In this document: piece by piece, positions 8,295-18,697 of the stretch
Position numbering within the stretch: the stretch's first letter is position 1
Layout of the letters: every line of letters begins with the position of its first letter
Source of the DNA: Dehalococcoidia bacterium
GTDB taxonomy: Bacteria; Chloroflexota; Dehalococcoidia; GIF9; UBA5629
Length of the DNA stretch: 64,000 nucleotides
Assembly (NCBI GenBank): GCA_050011565.1
Contig: JBEKIW010000001.1
Coordinates: 320,001-384,000, forward strand
Reading direction: 5' to 3'
The notes under the pieces: generated by a model
What the model saw: the letters and a program-made list of their open reading frames with translations, nothing else
Databases searched by the model: none
What the model was told of the DNA's origin: nothing
Made by a program: the position numbers and the translations under genes

Positions 8295-9545
8295 ATGGCA
8301 GATTTAAAATTAGGGGGCAAAGAAATACAAAAAATGGAAACTGAAAGGCATCCATCGGTTGAGGTATCTCGCTTACAAACCGCTCTGGAGGAGCTCAAAA
8401 ACTGTGCCACCACTGATTGTAGACCGCCGGCAGAGATGGCGCTGAAAATGGAAGCAGTAGGCGTAAGCAAGGCAAATGGAAATATCTGGACTATCTCACT
8501 TTTGGGAATTCTGGCGGGTTTCTTCATTGGACTGGGGGCTATGTTTGCCACCTTAGTTACCACAGATATCCAGATAGGTTTCGGATTGACCAAACTGGTT
8601 GGGGGCATTGTATTCAGCCTAGGACTGATCCTTGTCGTGGTGGCTGGAGCTGAGCTATTCACCGGCAATGCTCTTATGGTGGGCAGCCGGGCCAGCGGTA
8701 AGATTAGGTTATCACAGTTGTTTAAGAACTGGGGTATTGTCTATTTCACCAATCTTATAGGGTCGCTGTTATTAGTACTCGTAGTTTTTTATAGCCAGTT
8801 CTGGGCGCTAGATGGCTTCAAAGTAGGCGTAAACGCATTATCAATTGCCAACGCCAAAGTAAATCTGGCTTTCTGGCCGGCTTTTGCCCGCGGAATTTTG
8901 TGCAATACACTTGTCTGTCTGGCGGTCTGGCTCTGCTTTAGCGCTCGTTCCACTGTCGATAAAATATTCGCCATCCTGTTCCCTATAACCGCGTTTGTAG
9001 CTTGTGGCTTCGAGCACAGTATAGCTAACATGTACTTCATTCCAATGGGTATAGCTATGGCAGGGCAGGCCAAAGTCCTTGAAGTAGCTGGCCTTACGGC
9101 AAGCCAGGTGACTAATCTCAGTCTTAATGGCTTCATTGGTAATCTGATTCCGGTTACGCTGGGCAACATCGTTGGCGGCACGTTTGTAGGCAGCATTTAC
9201 TGGCTTATATACCTGCGTAAGGATCGTGCTGCTGAAGCAGCGGCTGCCAGGCCCTGGTTGTCAGGCGTGTTTTCTACCTCGCGATTACAAACTGCACCGG
9301 TTGGCTATCCAGACATGGAAACCAAGACTCTTATATCGGTGTTGGCCAGGGCCAGAGATGACTCCAGGTTTATGGCTAGACTTGCTGAGAATCCGAACCG
9401 GGCTCTAAAAGCTTACAGTCTGACACCGGAAGCAAAAGCCGCCTTAGAGAGTGGAGATGTCCGCTGGCTGGAATCCAGAGTGGGTACCCTGGATGAACCG
9501 CTGCGTACCTGGCTCACTTCCAGACTATCCCAAGAAAAATGGTGA
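8295..9545 (+). CDS. Formate/nitrite transporter (FNT, FocA/FdhC-like) with fused C-terminal QEKW domain
   Basis: GAELFTGN, GILCNTLVCLAVW, GFEHSIANM, LGNIVGG; C-terminal ~70 aa LARARDDSRF..RLSQEKW. Confidence 0.92.
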   Translation: MADLKLGGKEIQKMETERHPSVEVSRLQTALEELKNCATTDCRPPAEMALKMEAVGVSKANGNIWTISLLGILAGFFIGLGAMFATLVTTDIQIGFGLTKLVGGIVFSLGLILVVVAGAELFTGNALMVGSRASGKIRLSQLFKNWGIVYFTNLIGSLLLVLVVFYSQFWALDGFKVGVNALSIANAKVNLAFWPAFARGILCNTLVCLAVWLCFSARSTVDKIFAILFPITAFVACGFEHSIANMYFIPMGIAMAGQAKVLEVAGLTASQVTNLSLNGFIGNLIPVTLGNIVGGTFVGSIYWLIYLRKDRAAEAAAARPWLSGVFSTSRLQTAPVGYPDMETKTLISVLARARDDSRFMARLAENPNRALKAYSLTPEAKAALESGDVRWLESRVGTLDEPLRTWLTSRLSQEKW

Positions 9546-9562
9546 TAATTCCCCTCTTTTAG

Positions 9563-9598
9563 AAAGGGTGGCAGCTGAAAAGCCGTCACCCTTTTTTT
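9563..9598. terminator. Probable bidirectional intrinsic terminator between convergent FNT and hydrogenase protease genes
   Basis: aaagggtggcagct-gaaa-agccgtcacccttttttt imperfect hairpin with T-tract. Confidence 0.6.
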
Positions 9599-10056
9599 AA
9601 TTCCTTGAGGACCATTTCAACGCAGGTGGGAATTGCTTTTCGAACCTCAGGCGTACATTCCTCGTTGAAGGTGTGCACGTCTGACGCTTCGATGGCGAAG
9701 ATAATAATTTGTTGGGGCAGGGAAAGGCCCAATTTTTTACCAAACTCGAGGGCGGTAGTGAAGTCAATATCGTGTGGAGAGATCGTATGTCGGGCGGCAT
9801 CAAAAGCCTGGGTGTTGAGCCGGTAAATATGGCCTGCTTTTCCACCTACGGTTTGAATGGCGTCGATGATGATGGCTCTGTCATAACCAACTAGCAGGTC
9901 CAGCAGGGCAAGACCGGCTATACCGGTCTCCATAATCGTTACTTCTGGTTGGTTGACTCTATCTTTAAGTTCGGCTGTAACCCTGAGCCCCACTCCGTCA
10001 TCGCAGAGCAGCGGGTTACCCATTCCCAGTATCAGAGTCTTCGTCTTCCCATCCAC
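9586..10056 (-). CDS. Hydrogenase maturation protease
   Basis: LGMGNPLLCDDGVG, IIIDAI, SPHD motifs; follows the NiFe large subunit. Confidence 0.93.
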   Translation of the reverse strand: MDGKTKTLILGMGNPLLCDDGVGLRVTAELKDRVNQPEVTIMETGIAGLALLDLLVGYDRAIIIDAIQTVGGKAGHIYRLNTQAFDAARHTISPHDIDFTTALEFGKKLGLSLPQQIIIFAIEASDVHTFNEECTPEVRKAIPTCVEMVLKELKKG

Positions 10057-10096
10057 TTAAATTACAAGGCCATTCAAGCCGGCCGTGTTACGGTAG

Positions 10097-11557
10097 CTAG
10101 CGGTTAAGCCTTTCTACCACTTCCCCTTGGCTATTATAGATGACTACCTCCATTGGTGCCTGACCGGGGAGGGTATGAGTAGCACAACCGAAGCACGGGT
10201 CATAAGGCCGCCAGGCCATCTCTATGCGGTTAAGCAGCCCTTCGGTTATCTTTTTGCCCGGTTTTATGAGAGCTTGAGCTGCTTTCTTAACGGACATGCT
10301 CATGGCAGCGACATTATTGACTGTAGCCACGATTAAGTTGGCTTTCTTGATAATACCATTCTCATCGGTAATGTAATGATGCGTAAGAGTGCCTCTGGGA
10401 GCCTCGACTATGCCGACACCTTCATCTGGCCTAGCTGTCGGGATAGTGCGGATATTAGGGCTGGTAATCTCGGGGTCTTTGCTGAGCTCCAGCAATCTTT
10501 CGGCAGCATAGAGTAGCTCAACGAGTCGAGCCCAATGAGTCGCCAGGGTCTGATGGACAGGCTTTCCGCCCAGTGTTGAGTAGAACCTCTCATATTCTGC
10601 CTGCGCCAGAGGAGTTGCCATGCCATCGGCAGCATTAAGCCGGGAAAGAGGAGTCGACCTGAAAACGCCACTGTCCTTGCCGTCAACAAAGCCTTTCCAG
10701 CCGACTTTCTTGAGGTAAGGCATCTTGACATAAGTCCAGGGTTCCACATGTTCGGCAACATTATCGAGATATTCTTTAGATGAATATTTAACAAATTCCT
10801 TGCCGTCGGGGTCAACCACTCTAACCTTGCCATCATAGAAATTCACTCTGTTTTTTTCGTCAACCAGTCCCATATAGTAAGTGTGGTGAGTATAGGCGTC
10901 ACTAAGGACCATATCCAGATATTCTTTGTTCTTAAGGACGATATCGTCAAAAACTTTCAGAGAAAGCTTGGCGAATTCCACTGACTCCTTGGCTATTTGC
11001 TCCACTTCTTTCCTCTCGTCTTCATTAAGACCTTTGCTGACGCCGCCGGGCAAACCGAAGACGGGATGTACCGCTCGCCCGCCAAGCATTTGGATAATGC
11101 GGTGATTTTGCATCCGGGTCTTAATTACGGCTCCGCCCAGTTCCAGTCCCACTTTGGCAATAACTCCCAGAATGTTGCGTTCGGCTACCGGGGCTTCGGG
11201 GCCCATAACAAAGTCGGGACCAGCCAGTATATAAAAATGCGTAGTATGGTCGGTGACAAAGAACGAGCTGTAAAAAAGTTCACGCAGTTTTTTAGCTGGG
11301 CTGGGTGGGTCGACATGGAACACGTCATCTAGGCATTTTGCAGCCGCCATATGGTGTGCTTCAGGACAGACGCCGCAGATTCTCTGGGTTATCTGGGGCA
11401 TGTCCTCGGCTAAACGCCCTTCAGCGAACTTCTCAAAGCCCCTTAGTTCTGGGATTTGAAAGTAGGTATTTTCCACCTCACCGGCGTCATTGAGAAATAT
11501 CTCTATCTTGCCGTGGCCTTCCAGTCTGGTAATAGGGTCTATGGTTATTTTTTTCAT
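10097..11557 (-). CDS. mvhA: [NiFe]-hydrogenase large subunit, F420-non-reducing (group 3c-like)
   Basis: TRLEGHG, RICGVCPEAH (L1), EAPRG, YDPCFGCATH (L2, Cys form), cleavable C-terminal tail. Confidence 0.93.
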   Translation of the reverse strand: MKKITIDPITRLEGHGKIEIFLNDAGEVENTYFQIPELRGFEKFAEGRLAEDMPQITQRICGVCPEAHHMAAAKCLDDVFHVDPPSPAKKLRELFYSSFFVTDHTTHFYILAGPDFVMGPEAPVAERNILGVIAKVGLELGGAVIKTRMQNHRIIQMLGGRAVHPVFGLPGGVSKGLNEDERKEVEQIAKESVEFAKLSLKVFDDIVLKNKEYLDMVLSDAYTHHTYYMGLVDEKNRVNFYDGKVRVVDPDGKEFVKYSSKEYLDNVAEHVEPWTYVKMPYLKKVGWKGFVDGKDSGVFRSTPLSRLNAADGMATPLAQAEYERFYSTLGGKPVHQTLATHWARLVELLYAAERLLELSKDPEITSPNIRTIPTARPDEGVGIVEAPRGTLTHHYITDENGIIKKANLIVATVNNVAAMSMSVKKAAQALIKPGKKITEGLLNRIEMAWRPYDPCFGCATHTLPGQAPMEVVIYNSQGEVVERLNR

Positions 11558-12513
11558 TTGATTCTTGCCCTCCTTAGTAACGAGTCAGCTAAGCTATATC
11601 GATAGAAAGTACCCACGGGGTCGCGTATGTCAGAAATGATTTTATCTATTTCAGCCGGGTCGTTGGAGTCAATCACTGAGGCTATCCCACTCAGGAAATG
11701 AGCTCCCTGGTCGATTACTCCCTCGACAGGTCCGTAGCAGCCGGTGCAAGGCATATTGGCTTGTGGACATGGTGCTTCGCAGCCACCACGGGTGGCGATG
11801 CCGGCGCACATTAAGCCTTGCTCCAGCAGGCATATTTCCGGCTCTGGAATCATCTCAAAAGTTCGGTAGAATTTCTTAACCTTTTTCACATCTCTCTTCC
11901 GAGGGCAATCATCACATACCGCTTTGGCATTGTGCGTAATCACGGTACCCTTGGGCGGCAATTTGCCTTCGATGAGAGCTTCTAAGGCCAGCCAGGTTGT
12001 CCTGGCTTCAGGGGGACAGCCCGGGATTATATAGTCTATATCTATTGTCTGGCCAAGTGTCTTGACTGTGTCATAGAACTCCGGTATGGTCAACTCACCC
12101 TCCGGAACCTTATATTTTGTCTGGGGTACTACCTTTTCCTTGTTCACTGTTGACGGTGTTTCGAAATAAACCCGGTCGAAAATCGTTTGCCGGTTAAAAA
12201 GATTAGCCAGACCCGGGATTCCACCTTCATAGGCGCAGGCTCCGTACGCTATCACCACTTTCGATTTTTCACGCAGCATCTTGGCCAGGTGTTCCTGCTC
12301 CGAGTTTCTAATTGCGCCGTTAAATAAGCAGACATCTATGCTCTTTGCCGGCATGGCTTCAACATCTTTATATTTGACATCGATAGCTACCGGCCAGAAA
12401 ACGATATCCGCCACCTCGGCTAACTTAAGGATTTTGTCGCCAATTTGGAGCTGAGCAATCTCGCAACCACCGCAGCTTGCCGCCCAGTAGAGTGCTAATT
12501 TCAGCTTAGCCAT
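11554..12513 (-). CDS. mvhG: [NiFe]-hydrogenase small subunit
   Basis: SCGGCE, GACA, PGCPP, CLLEQG..CAG..GGC..CP...PCTGCYG. Confidence 0.92.
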   Translation of the reverse strand: MAKLKLALYWAASCGGCEIAQLQIGDKILKLAEVADIVFWPVAIDVKYKDVEAMPAKSIDVCLFNGAIRNSEQEHLAKMLREKSKVVIAYGACAYEGGIPGLANLFNRQTIFDRVYFETPSTVNKEKVVPQTKYKVPEGELTIPEFYDTVKTLGQTIDIDYIIPGCPPEARTTWLALEALIEGKLPPKGTVITHNAKAVCDDCPRKRDVKKVKKFYRTFEMIPEPEICLLEQGLMCAGIATRGGCEAPCPQANMPCTGCYGPVEGVIDQGAHFLSGIASVIDSNDPAEIDKIISDIRDPVGTFYRYSLADSLLRRARIK

Positions 12514-12934
12514 GTTTTGCCTCCTTGGAGTTCTTATTAAATGGCCCTAAGGCTCTAACCTTTGCTGTCATATCGTCAACTATTGATACGAAGCGGTCTC
12601 CTTCAGAAGCTGATACCCAATCCAGCCGTACTCGCTCTTCCTCAATACCTAGCTGCTCCAGCGTTTTCTTAATCAGGGGCATGCGCCGCATCGTCTTGTA
12701 GTTGCCCTCGACGTAGTGGCAATCACCGGGATGGCAGCCTAAAATCAAAACGCCGTCAGCGCCAAGTTCAAAGGCTTTGGCGACGAAGGTTGGTTCCACC
12801 CGGCCACTACACATGACTCTGATAATGCGAACATTGGGCGAGCATTTCATTCTGGCAGTACCGGCCAAATCAGCGCCCCGATAGGAACACCAGTTACAAC
12901 AGAAGCCGACAATCCTTGGTTCGAAGTTGTTCAT
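12506..12934 (-). CDS. mvhD: Hydrogenase/Hdr [2Fe-2S] subunit MvhD, Cys form
   Basis: [28 protein letters not shown]. Confidence 0.93.
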   Translation of the reverse strand: MNNFEPRIVGFCCNWCSYRGADLAGTARMKCSPNVRIIRVMCSGRVEPTFVAKAFELGADGVLILGCHPGDCHYVEGNYKTMRRMPLIKKTLEQLGIEEERVRLDWVSASEGDRFVSIVDDMTAKVRALGPFNKNSKEAKHG

Positions 12935-14892
12935 ACTAATACTCCCTCGATTTCTGCCATAATTTCTTCGGTGGTAAAGTGCTTATGTGTTATTGCTGCG
13001 CTAGGGCAAGCGGCGACACAGGTGCCGCAACCCTTACATAGAGCTTCGTTAATTCGAGATACCTCGTCTTTTTCAATAAAGTCAATAGCGTTGTATGGAC
13101 AGAGTAGATTGCAGATTCGGCAGCTGGAGCATTTCTCTTCATCGATGACTGCCACGGCTGCTTCTAGCTCAACTTTACCCTTGCTTATCAAGGCCAAGAC
13201 GCGAGTAGCCGCGGCTGAAGCCTGGGCCACGGTATCAGGTATGTCTTTAGGACTCTGACAGCAGCCAGCGATAAAGACGCCTTCGGTCATAGTTGCTACG
13301 GGGTCAAGCTTAGGATGTCTTTCTATGAAGAAACCATCGGCACCCTGGCTGATGCCGAATTTCTGAGCCACATTCTTGGCGTCAGCGCGGGCTTCCAGGG
13401 CTATACATAGAACGACCATATCAACCGGGATCCGGACAATAGTTCCGAGTAAGCTGTCCTCACCGACGACGATGAGCTTCCCTTTCTCTTCATCGTTTTG
13501 TGCCCTATCTGTGACTTCAGCCGGTTTGCCTCGTATAAAAGTAATGCCTTCTTTGGACAGTCTTTTGTAGAATTCCTCGTAGCCCTTGCCAAAGCAGCGC
13601 ATGTCTATGTACATCTGGTAGACGTCAGCCTTTGTTTTTTCCTTTATGAGATGTGAATATTTGAGAGCATACATGCAGCAGACTCGAGAGCAGTATTCAT
13701 GGTAATTTTCGTCTCGGCTGCCCACACAATGGATTATAGCTATGCTCTTCGGCTCGGAGCCATCTTTAAGGACAATTTTGCCGCCGGTTGGCCCTACGGA
13801 GTTACAGATTCTCTCAAATTCAAGGCCGGTGACAACATTGGGCAATCTGCCGTAACCGTATTTCATAATAGGTGTGGGGTCGAACGGGTCATAGCCAGTG
13901 GTCAAGATTATGTTGCCGACATCTATCTCGGCGATTTTATCTTGCTGCTCAAAATCGATGGCTTCCCTCTCGCAGTACTTTTCGCAAGCACGGCATTTTC
14001 CTTTGAGGAAATAGGCACAGCTCTCCTTGTCTATAACGGGAACATTAGGTACTGCTTGTGCGAAAGGTGTGTAAATAGCTTTTCGCTGGCTCAGGCCGAG
14101 GTCGAACTCGCTATCTGCTTTCCAGGGGCATTTTTCCTGGCAGATACCACAGCCATTGCATTTAGATTCGTCAATAAACCGGGCCTTCTTTCTAACCTTG
14201 ACTTTGAAGTTGCCGATGAAACCGGAAACCTCCTCGACTTCACTATAGGTCATTAATTCGATGTGAGGATGTGAACCTGCGGATGTCATCTTAGGTGTCA
14301 GGATGCAGGCAGAGCAGTCCAGGGTGGGGAAGGTCTTGTCGAATTGAATCATGTGTCCGCCGATGCTAGATTCTCTCTCAACGAGATAAACTTTGTGTCC
14401 GGCATCAGCGATTTCTAATGCCGCCTGGATGCCGGCGATACCGCCACCAACAACTAAGGTGCTCGGATTGACAGGAACCTCCCTTGTCTCCAAGGGTTGA
14501 TGATAATAAACACGTTTTACCGCAGCGCTTACCAGGGCTTTGGCTTTTTCTGTAGCTTCTCCGTGGTCTTCGGTGGTCCAGGAGCAGTGCTCTCTTATAT
14601 TGGCCATCTCAAAGAGGTAAGGATTCATGCCGGCTTCCAGGACAGCATGGCGGAAAGTCGGTTCATGCAGCAGCGGAGAGCAGGAAGCAACCACAACCCG
14701 GTTAAGTTTCAAATTCTTAATATCATCCTTTATCATGCTCTGTCCCGGGTCGGAGCACATGAACTTGTATTCACGGGCAACTGCTACCGCCGGAAGTCCC
14801 TTAACAAACTCAACTACTTGCTGAACATCGACAGTGCCGGCAATATTTGACCCGCAGTGACAGACATAAACACCTATCTTTGGCTTTGCCAT
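12931..14892 (-). CDS. hdrA: Heterodisulfide reductase subunit A (flavoprotein), Cys form
   Basis: [46 protein letters not shown], ferredoxin motifs. Confidence 0.96.
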   Translation of the reverse strand: MAKPKIGVYVCHCGSNIAGTVDVQQVVEFVKGLPAVAVAREYKFMCSDPGQSMIKDDIKNLKLNRVVVASCSPLLHEPTFRHAVLEAGMNPYLFEMANIREHCSWTTEDHGEATEKAKALVSAAVKRVYYHQPLETREVPVNPSTLVVGGGIAGIQAALEIADAGHKVYLVERESSIGGHMIQFDKTFPTLDCSACILTPKMTSAGSHPHIELMTYSEVEEVSGFIGNFKVKVRKKARFIDESKCNGCGICQEKCPWKADSEFDLGLSQRKAIYTPFAQAVPNVPVIDKESCAYFLKGKCRACEKYCEREAIDFEQQDKIAEIDVGNIILTTGYDPFDPTPIMKYGYGRLPNVVTGLEFERICNSVGPTGGKIVLKDGSEPKSIAIIHCVGSRDENYHEYCSRVCCMYALKYSHLIKEKTKADVYQMYIDMRCFGKGYEEFYKRLSKEGITFIRGKPAEVTDRAQNDEEKGKLIVVGEDSLLGTIVRIPVDMVVLCIALEARADAKNVAQKFGISQGADGFFIERHPKLDPVATMTEGVFIAGCCQSPKDIPDTVAQASAAATRVLALISKGKVELEAAVAVIDEEKCSSCRICNLLCPYNAIDFIEKDEVSRINEALCKGCGTCVAACPSAAITHKHFTTEEIMAEIEGVLV

Positions 14893-14907
14893 TCTTTTCT
14901 CCTTCGT

Positions 14908-16062
14908 TTACTCCAGTGCCTCTGAGGCTAACTCTAAAATGTCCTTAATCTCGATTTCGTTACCCTTGTCCAAAACCAGTACAGTATCATCGAAATTGAG
15001 CATGCAGTAAGGACAGTAAGCGGCTAAGGTGCCGGCTCCCGTCTCGAGGGCTTGCTCGAGCCTGATGTCAGAAAATCTTTCCCCTTTTTTGGTCTCCATC
15101 CAGATTCTCCCCATGCAACCACCGCCGCAGCACAGGGAATATTCTCGGGAATCCCGCATTTCAACCAATTCCAAACCCGGGATACTATTTAGAATCAACC
15201 TGGGCTCATCATACATACCTTCACGACGTCCTACACAGCAGGTGTCGTGCAGAGTAACTCTTTTGTTTACCGGCTTCGTGAATTTTAATTTTCCTTCTTT
15301 GATGAGGCTGGCTAGTAGTTGAGAAATATGGACTACCTCGAAATTACTTCCAAGCTCGGGGTAATCGTTCTTGAAGGCAAGATAGCAGTGTGGGGAGGTG
15401 ACCACGATCTTCTTAACACCAAGTTCGTTAAAAGCTCTAATGTTAGTCTCCGCCAGGTTGTGCCACAGACTTTCGGCGCCCCCATTTCTGGCGCTCTCAC
15501 CGCAGCAGACTACATTGTTACCCGGGATACCGAAATCTACGTTGGCCTTGTTCATGATATAAACTGCTGCCCGGAGCACCCGCTGGATGCCCAGGTCATA
15601 GGCCTGGTAGCAGCAGGGGAAGTACAAGTATTCGGTCCCTTTGGTATATGTTTTAACCCCAGTGAATTTTGCCCAGTCCATTCGCTTCTCGGGCGGTTCT
15701 CCCAAAGGATTACCCACACTGGCGATGTTTTTAACCGTGATTCGGAATGACTCCGGAGCCTTGCCGGCGCCTACCTCCATGATGACTCTGCGCATTGCCC
15801 TCATAATGTGTGGTACTTCCACTCCACGGGGACACCGCTTAACGCAAGCGTAGCAGTTTGTGCATCTCCACAGGTCTTCATCTTCGAAATCAATTTGGCC
15901 CATCTGCGTTTTGTGGATTAATTTGCGCAGCGAGAAGTCCCTTACCATGTTCCAGGGGCAGACACCGGTGCACAGACCACACTGATAACACAATTCAAGG
16001 GGGTTTCCCCCCTCCTGTAAAATGATATCAGTCGTTTCTTTTGTAGGTACTACTGCTTCCAT
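14908..16062 (-). CDS. HdrD/GlpC-like Fe-S oxidoreductase (two 4Fe-4S motifs plus two CCG domains)
   Basis: CYQCGLCTGVCP, CTNCYACVKRCP, VCCG, LCCGGG, CPYC; ATG 16062 after GAAAGGA preferred. Confidence 0.88.
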   Translation of the reverse strand: MEAVVPTKETTDIILQEGGNPLELCYQCGLCTGVCPWNMVRDFSLRKLIHKTQMGQIDFEDEDLWRCTNCYACVKRCPRGVEVPHIMRAMRRVIMEVGAGKAPESFRITVKNIASVGNPLGEPPEKRMDWAKFTGVKTYTKGTEYLYFPCCYQAYDLGIQRVLRAAVYIMNKANVDFGIPGNNVVCCGESARNGGAESLWHNLAETNIRAFNELGVKKIVVTSPHCYLAFKNDYPELGSNFEVVHISQLLASLIKEGKLKFTKPVNKRVTLHDTCCVGRREGMYDEPRLILNSIPGLELVEMRDSREYSLCCGGGCMGRIWMETKKGERFSDIRLEQALETGAGTLAAYCPYCMLNFDDTVLVLDKGNEIEIKDILELASEALE

Positions 16063-16109
16063 AAATGAATCATTCCTTTCTTCTCTTCTGGCGTTTGGCA
16101 AACCGTAAT

Positions 16110-16145
16110 ATGATACATCATAGAGGCAATTCTTGCAAGAATTGC
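16110..16145 (-). promoter_or_regulatory. Promoter TTGCAA-17 nt-TATCAT overlapped by a perfect 20-bp palindromic operator candidate
   Basis: GCAATTCTTG|CAAGAATTGC at 16126-16145, centred on the -35 hexamer (16133-16138). Confidence 0.65.
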
Positions 16146-16321
16146 GCAAGCATTTTGTCTGGCCCGGGTAAATTTTTTTAGGTAATTTTGCGCTGTCCAC
16201 TTAGGATATACGACAACCTTCGTCATTTTGCCAGTATTAGTGAAGCAATAACAGGTGAGTAAGTACAAGCCTCAGGCAAATAGACGAGATGACTGGATTC
16301 AAAGTACGCAGGCAAAATATA

Positions 16322-16729
16322 TCAGCTATGCTGGTTAAAGGGTCCGAGCTTTCTTACTTGCTCGGTCATCTCATTGACGATGGAAGCAAAGCGGTCACCT
16401 TCCGAGGCTGAGACCCAATCCAGTCTGAGCCTACCATCTTCTATGCCGAATTGCCCCAGCATTTTCTTTAGCAATGGTATCCGGCGAGCTTCTTTTACAT
16501 TACCTTCCAGGTAATGACATTCACCGGGATGTCAGCCGCAGACTAGCACTCCGTCTGCCCCCAGCTCGAAGGCCTTAAGGATAAAGGTGGGCTCTACCCG
16601 GCCACTGCACATAACACGGATGACGCGCACGTTAGGTGCGTATTTTTTTCTAGAAGTGCCTGCCAGGTCAGCCGCGGCGTAGGAACACCAGTTGCATAAG
16701 AATCCGACTATTTTGGGCTCGTAGCTCAT
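16322..16729 (-). CDS. mvhD: MvhD, selenocysteine form (UGA at 16534-16532)
   Basis: [54 protein letters not shown]; UGA aligns with the Cys of GCHPGDCH in the paralogue; ATGA overlap with hdrA. Confidence 0.9.
16498..16516 (-). promoter_or_regulatory. SECIS-like hairpin of Sec-mvhD
   Basis: CAUUACCU-GGA-AGGUAAUG, perfect 8-bp stem, loop at +24..+26 from UGA; absent in the Cys paralogue. Confidence 0.8.
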
Positions 16730-18687
16730 ACCATTACTCCTTCTAGCTGTGCCATAATCTGCTTGGCGGTGAAATGCCGACTGGTAATAGCGCCACTGGG
16801 ACAGGTAGCGGCACAGGTGCCGCAACCTTTGCACAGGGCTTCATTGATAATCGATACCTTCTTCTCATCATTAAACGATATTGCAGTATAGGGACAGAGC
16901 GAAATGCAGGTCTTGCATCCGGAACAGAATTCCTCTTCAATGACTGCCGTCGCTGCCTCAATCTCGACTTTGCCTTTACATATCATTGCCATGACTCTGG
17001 CAGCGGCTGCCGATGCTTGGGCTACCGTATCGGGGATATCCTTGGGCCCCTGGCTGCAACCGGCAACGAAAACACCATCTGTGGTGGTGGCTACCGGGTC
17101 AAGCTTGGGGTGCTTCTCCATGAAGAAGCCGTCTCGGCTCCGGCTGATAGAAAATAGCTTGGCTGTTTCGCCGGCATCGGCTCGCGGCTCTAAGGCGGTA
17201 CTCAGAACCACCATGTCTACGGGAAGGCGCCGTTGCCGGCCTATTAATGTATCCTCGCAGGTAACTACAAGCCTGCCCCGTTCTTCAGGGATCTCGGCGA
17301 CATTAGTGACTTCCCCGGCGCGGCCTCGGATGAAGTTTACCCCTTCTTCCTGAAGTCGGTTGTAGAATTCTTCGTAGCCTTTACCAAAACAGCGAAGGTC
17401 AATATAGAGCTGATAGATTTCTGCATCCGGAATCTTTTCCCTTAACAGATGAGAGAACTTAAGCGAATACATACAGCAAACACGAGAACAGTATTCGTGG
17501 TAGTTTAAGTCTCGGCTGCCGATGCAGTGCAGTATGGCTATACTTCGCGGCTGCGAGCCGTCTTTTAAAACTATTTTGCCGCCCGTTGGCCCCGCAGCAC
17601 TGCTCATTCTCTCGAACTGAAATGCAGTGATGACATTATCATATCTCCCATAGCCGAATTGTGACATGGGAGACGGGTCAAAGGAATCAAAGCCAGTGGC
17701 AACAATTATGGAGCCTACATCCAAGTCAACTATTTTCTCTGTTTGCTCGAAGTCGATTGCCTTAGCCTCGCAGAACTTTTCGCAGGCACGGCATTTGCCT
17801 TTGAGGAAATAGGTGCATCGCTCTTTGTCTATGACAGGCACATTCGGCACTGCCTGAGGGAATGGTGTATATATCACCTTTCTTGTACCGACCCCAAAAT
17901 CGAATTCGCTATCCGCTTTCATGGGGCACTTATCCTGGCAGGTGCCACAGCCGGTACATTTAGTTTCGTCTACAAAGCGTGGTTTTTTCCTAATCTTGAC
18001 TTTGAAGTTGCCCACATACCCCGAGACATCGATGACTTCACTATAAGTCATCATCTCTACGTTTTCGTGTGACCTCACCGAGGTCATCTTCGGTGTGAGT
18101 ATTCAGGCGGAACAGTCTAAGGTGGGAAAGGTCTTATCCAGTTGAGCCATGTGCCCGCCGATTGAGGGCTCCCTTTCTACCAGATAAACCTTGTGGCCTG
18201 AGTCGGCGATTTCCAGCGCTGCCTGTATACCGGCAATGCCACCACCGACTACGAGCGTATTAGGATTAAACGGAACCTCTCTGGTTTCCAACGGGATGTG
18301 GTAGAAAACGCGTCTTACCGCGGCGCTGACCAGCGCCTTGGCTTTATCAGTTGCCTTCCCGCCGTCCTCGTGTACCCAGGAGCAGTGTTCACGTATGTTT
18401 GCCATCTCGAAAAGGTATGGATTTAAGCCGGCACTGACTAAAGTCCGCCTGAAGGTTTGTTCATGTAATCTGGGTGAGCATGAGGCTACCACGACGCGGT
18501 TGATGCCCAGTTCCTTTATATCATTCTTTATCAACTCCTGACCGGGGTCTGAGCACATAAATTTGTAATCCCGAGCTATGGCCACTGAAGGCAGGCCTTT
18601 GGCAAACTCGGTTACTTGCTCGACGTTAACCGTGGCAGCGATATTGGCTCCGCAGTGGCAGATATAAACACCTATTTTGGGCTCCAT
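16726..18687 (-). CDS. hdrA: Heterodisulfide reductase subunit A, selenocysteine form (UGA at 18105-18103)
   Basis: Track ORFs 18103-18687 and 16726-18087 are one frame: [20 protein letters not shown] versus [12 protein letters not shown] in the paralogue; joined CDS is 1962 nt, the same as the Cys copy. Confidence 0.93.
18070..18086 (-). promoter_or_regulatory. SECIS-like hairpin of Sec-hdrA
   Basis: UGACCUC-GGU-GAGGUCA, perfect 7-bp stem, loop at +24..+26 from UGA; absent in the Cys paralogue. Confidence 0.8.
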
Positions 18688-18697
18688 TCGCTCCTCC

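Noticed and set aside
10097-11557. [NiFeSe] hydrogenase
   Set aside because: The C-terminal motif is DPCFGCATH with Cys codons; there is no in-frame TGA.
16063-16200. Cys-containing N-terminal extension of the HdrD-like ORF
   Set aside because: It spans the predicted promoter and palindrome; a better RBS and ATG lie at 16062.
16322-18687. hdrA and mvhD as nonsense-mutated pseudogenes
   Set aside because: Both TGAs fall on conserved Cys positions, the frames continue intact, and both have identically placed hairpins; Sec recoding fits far better.
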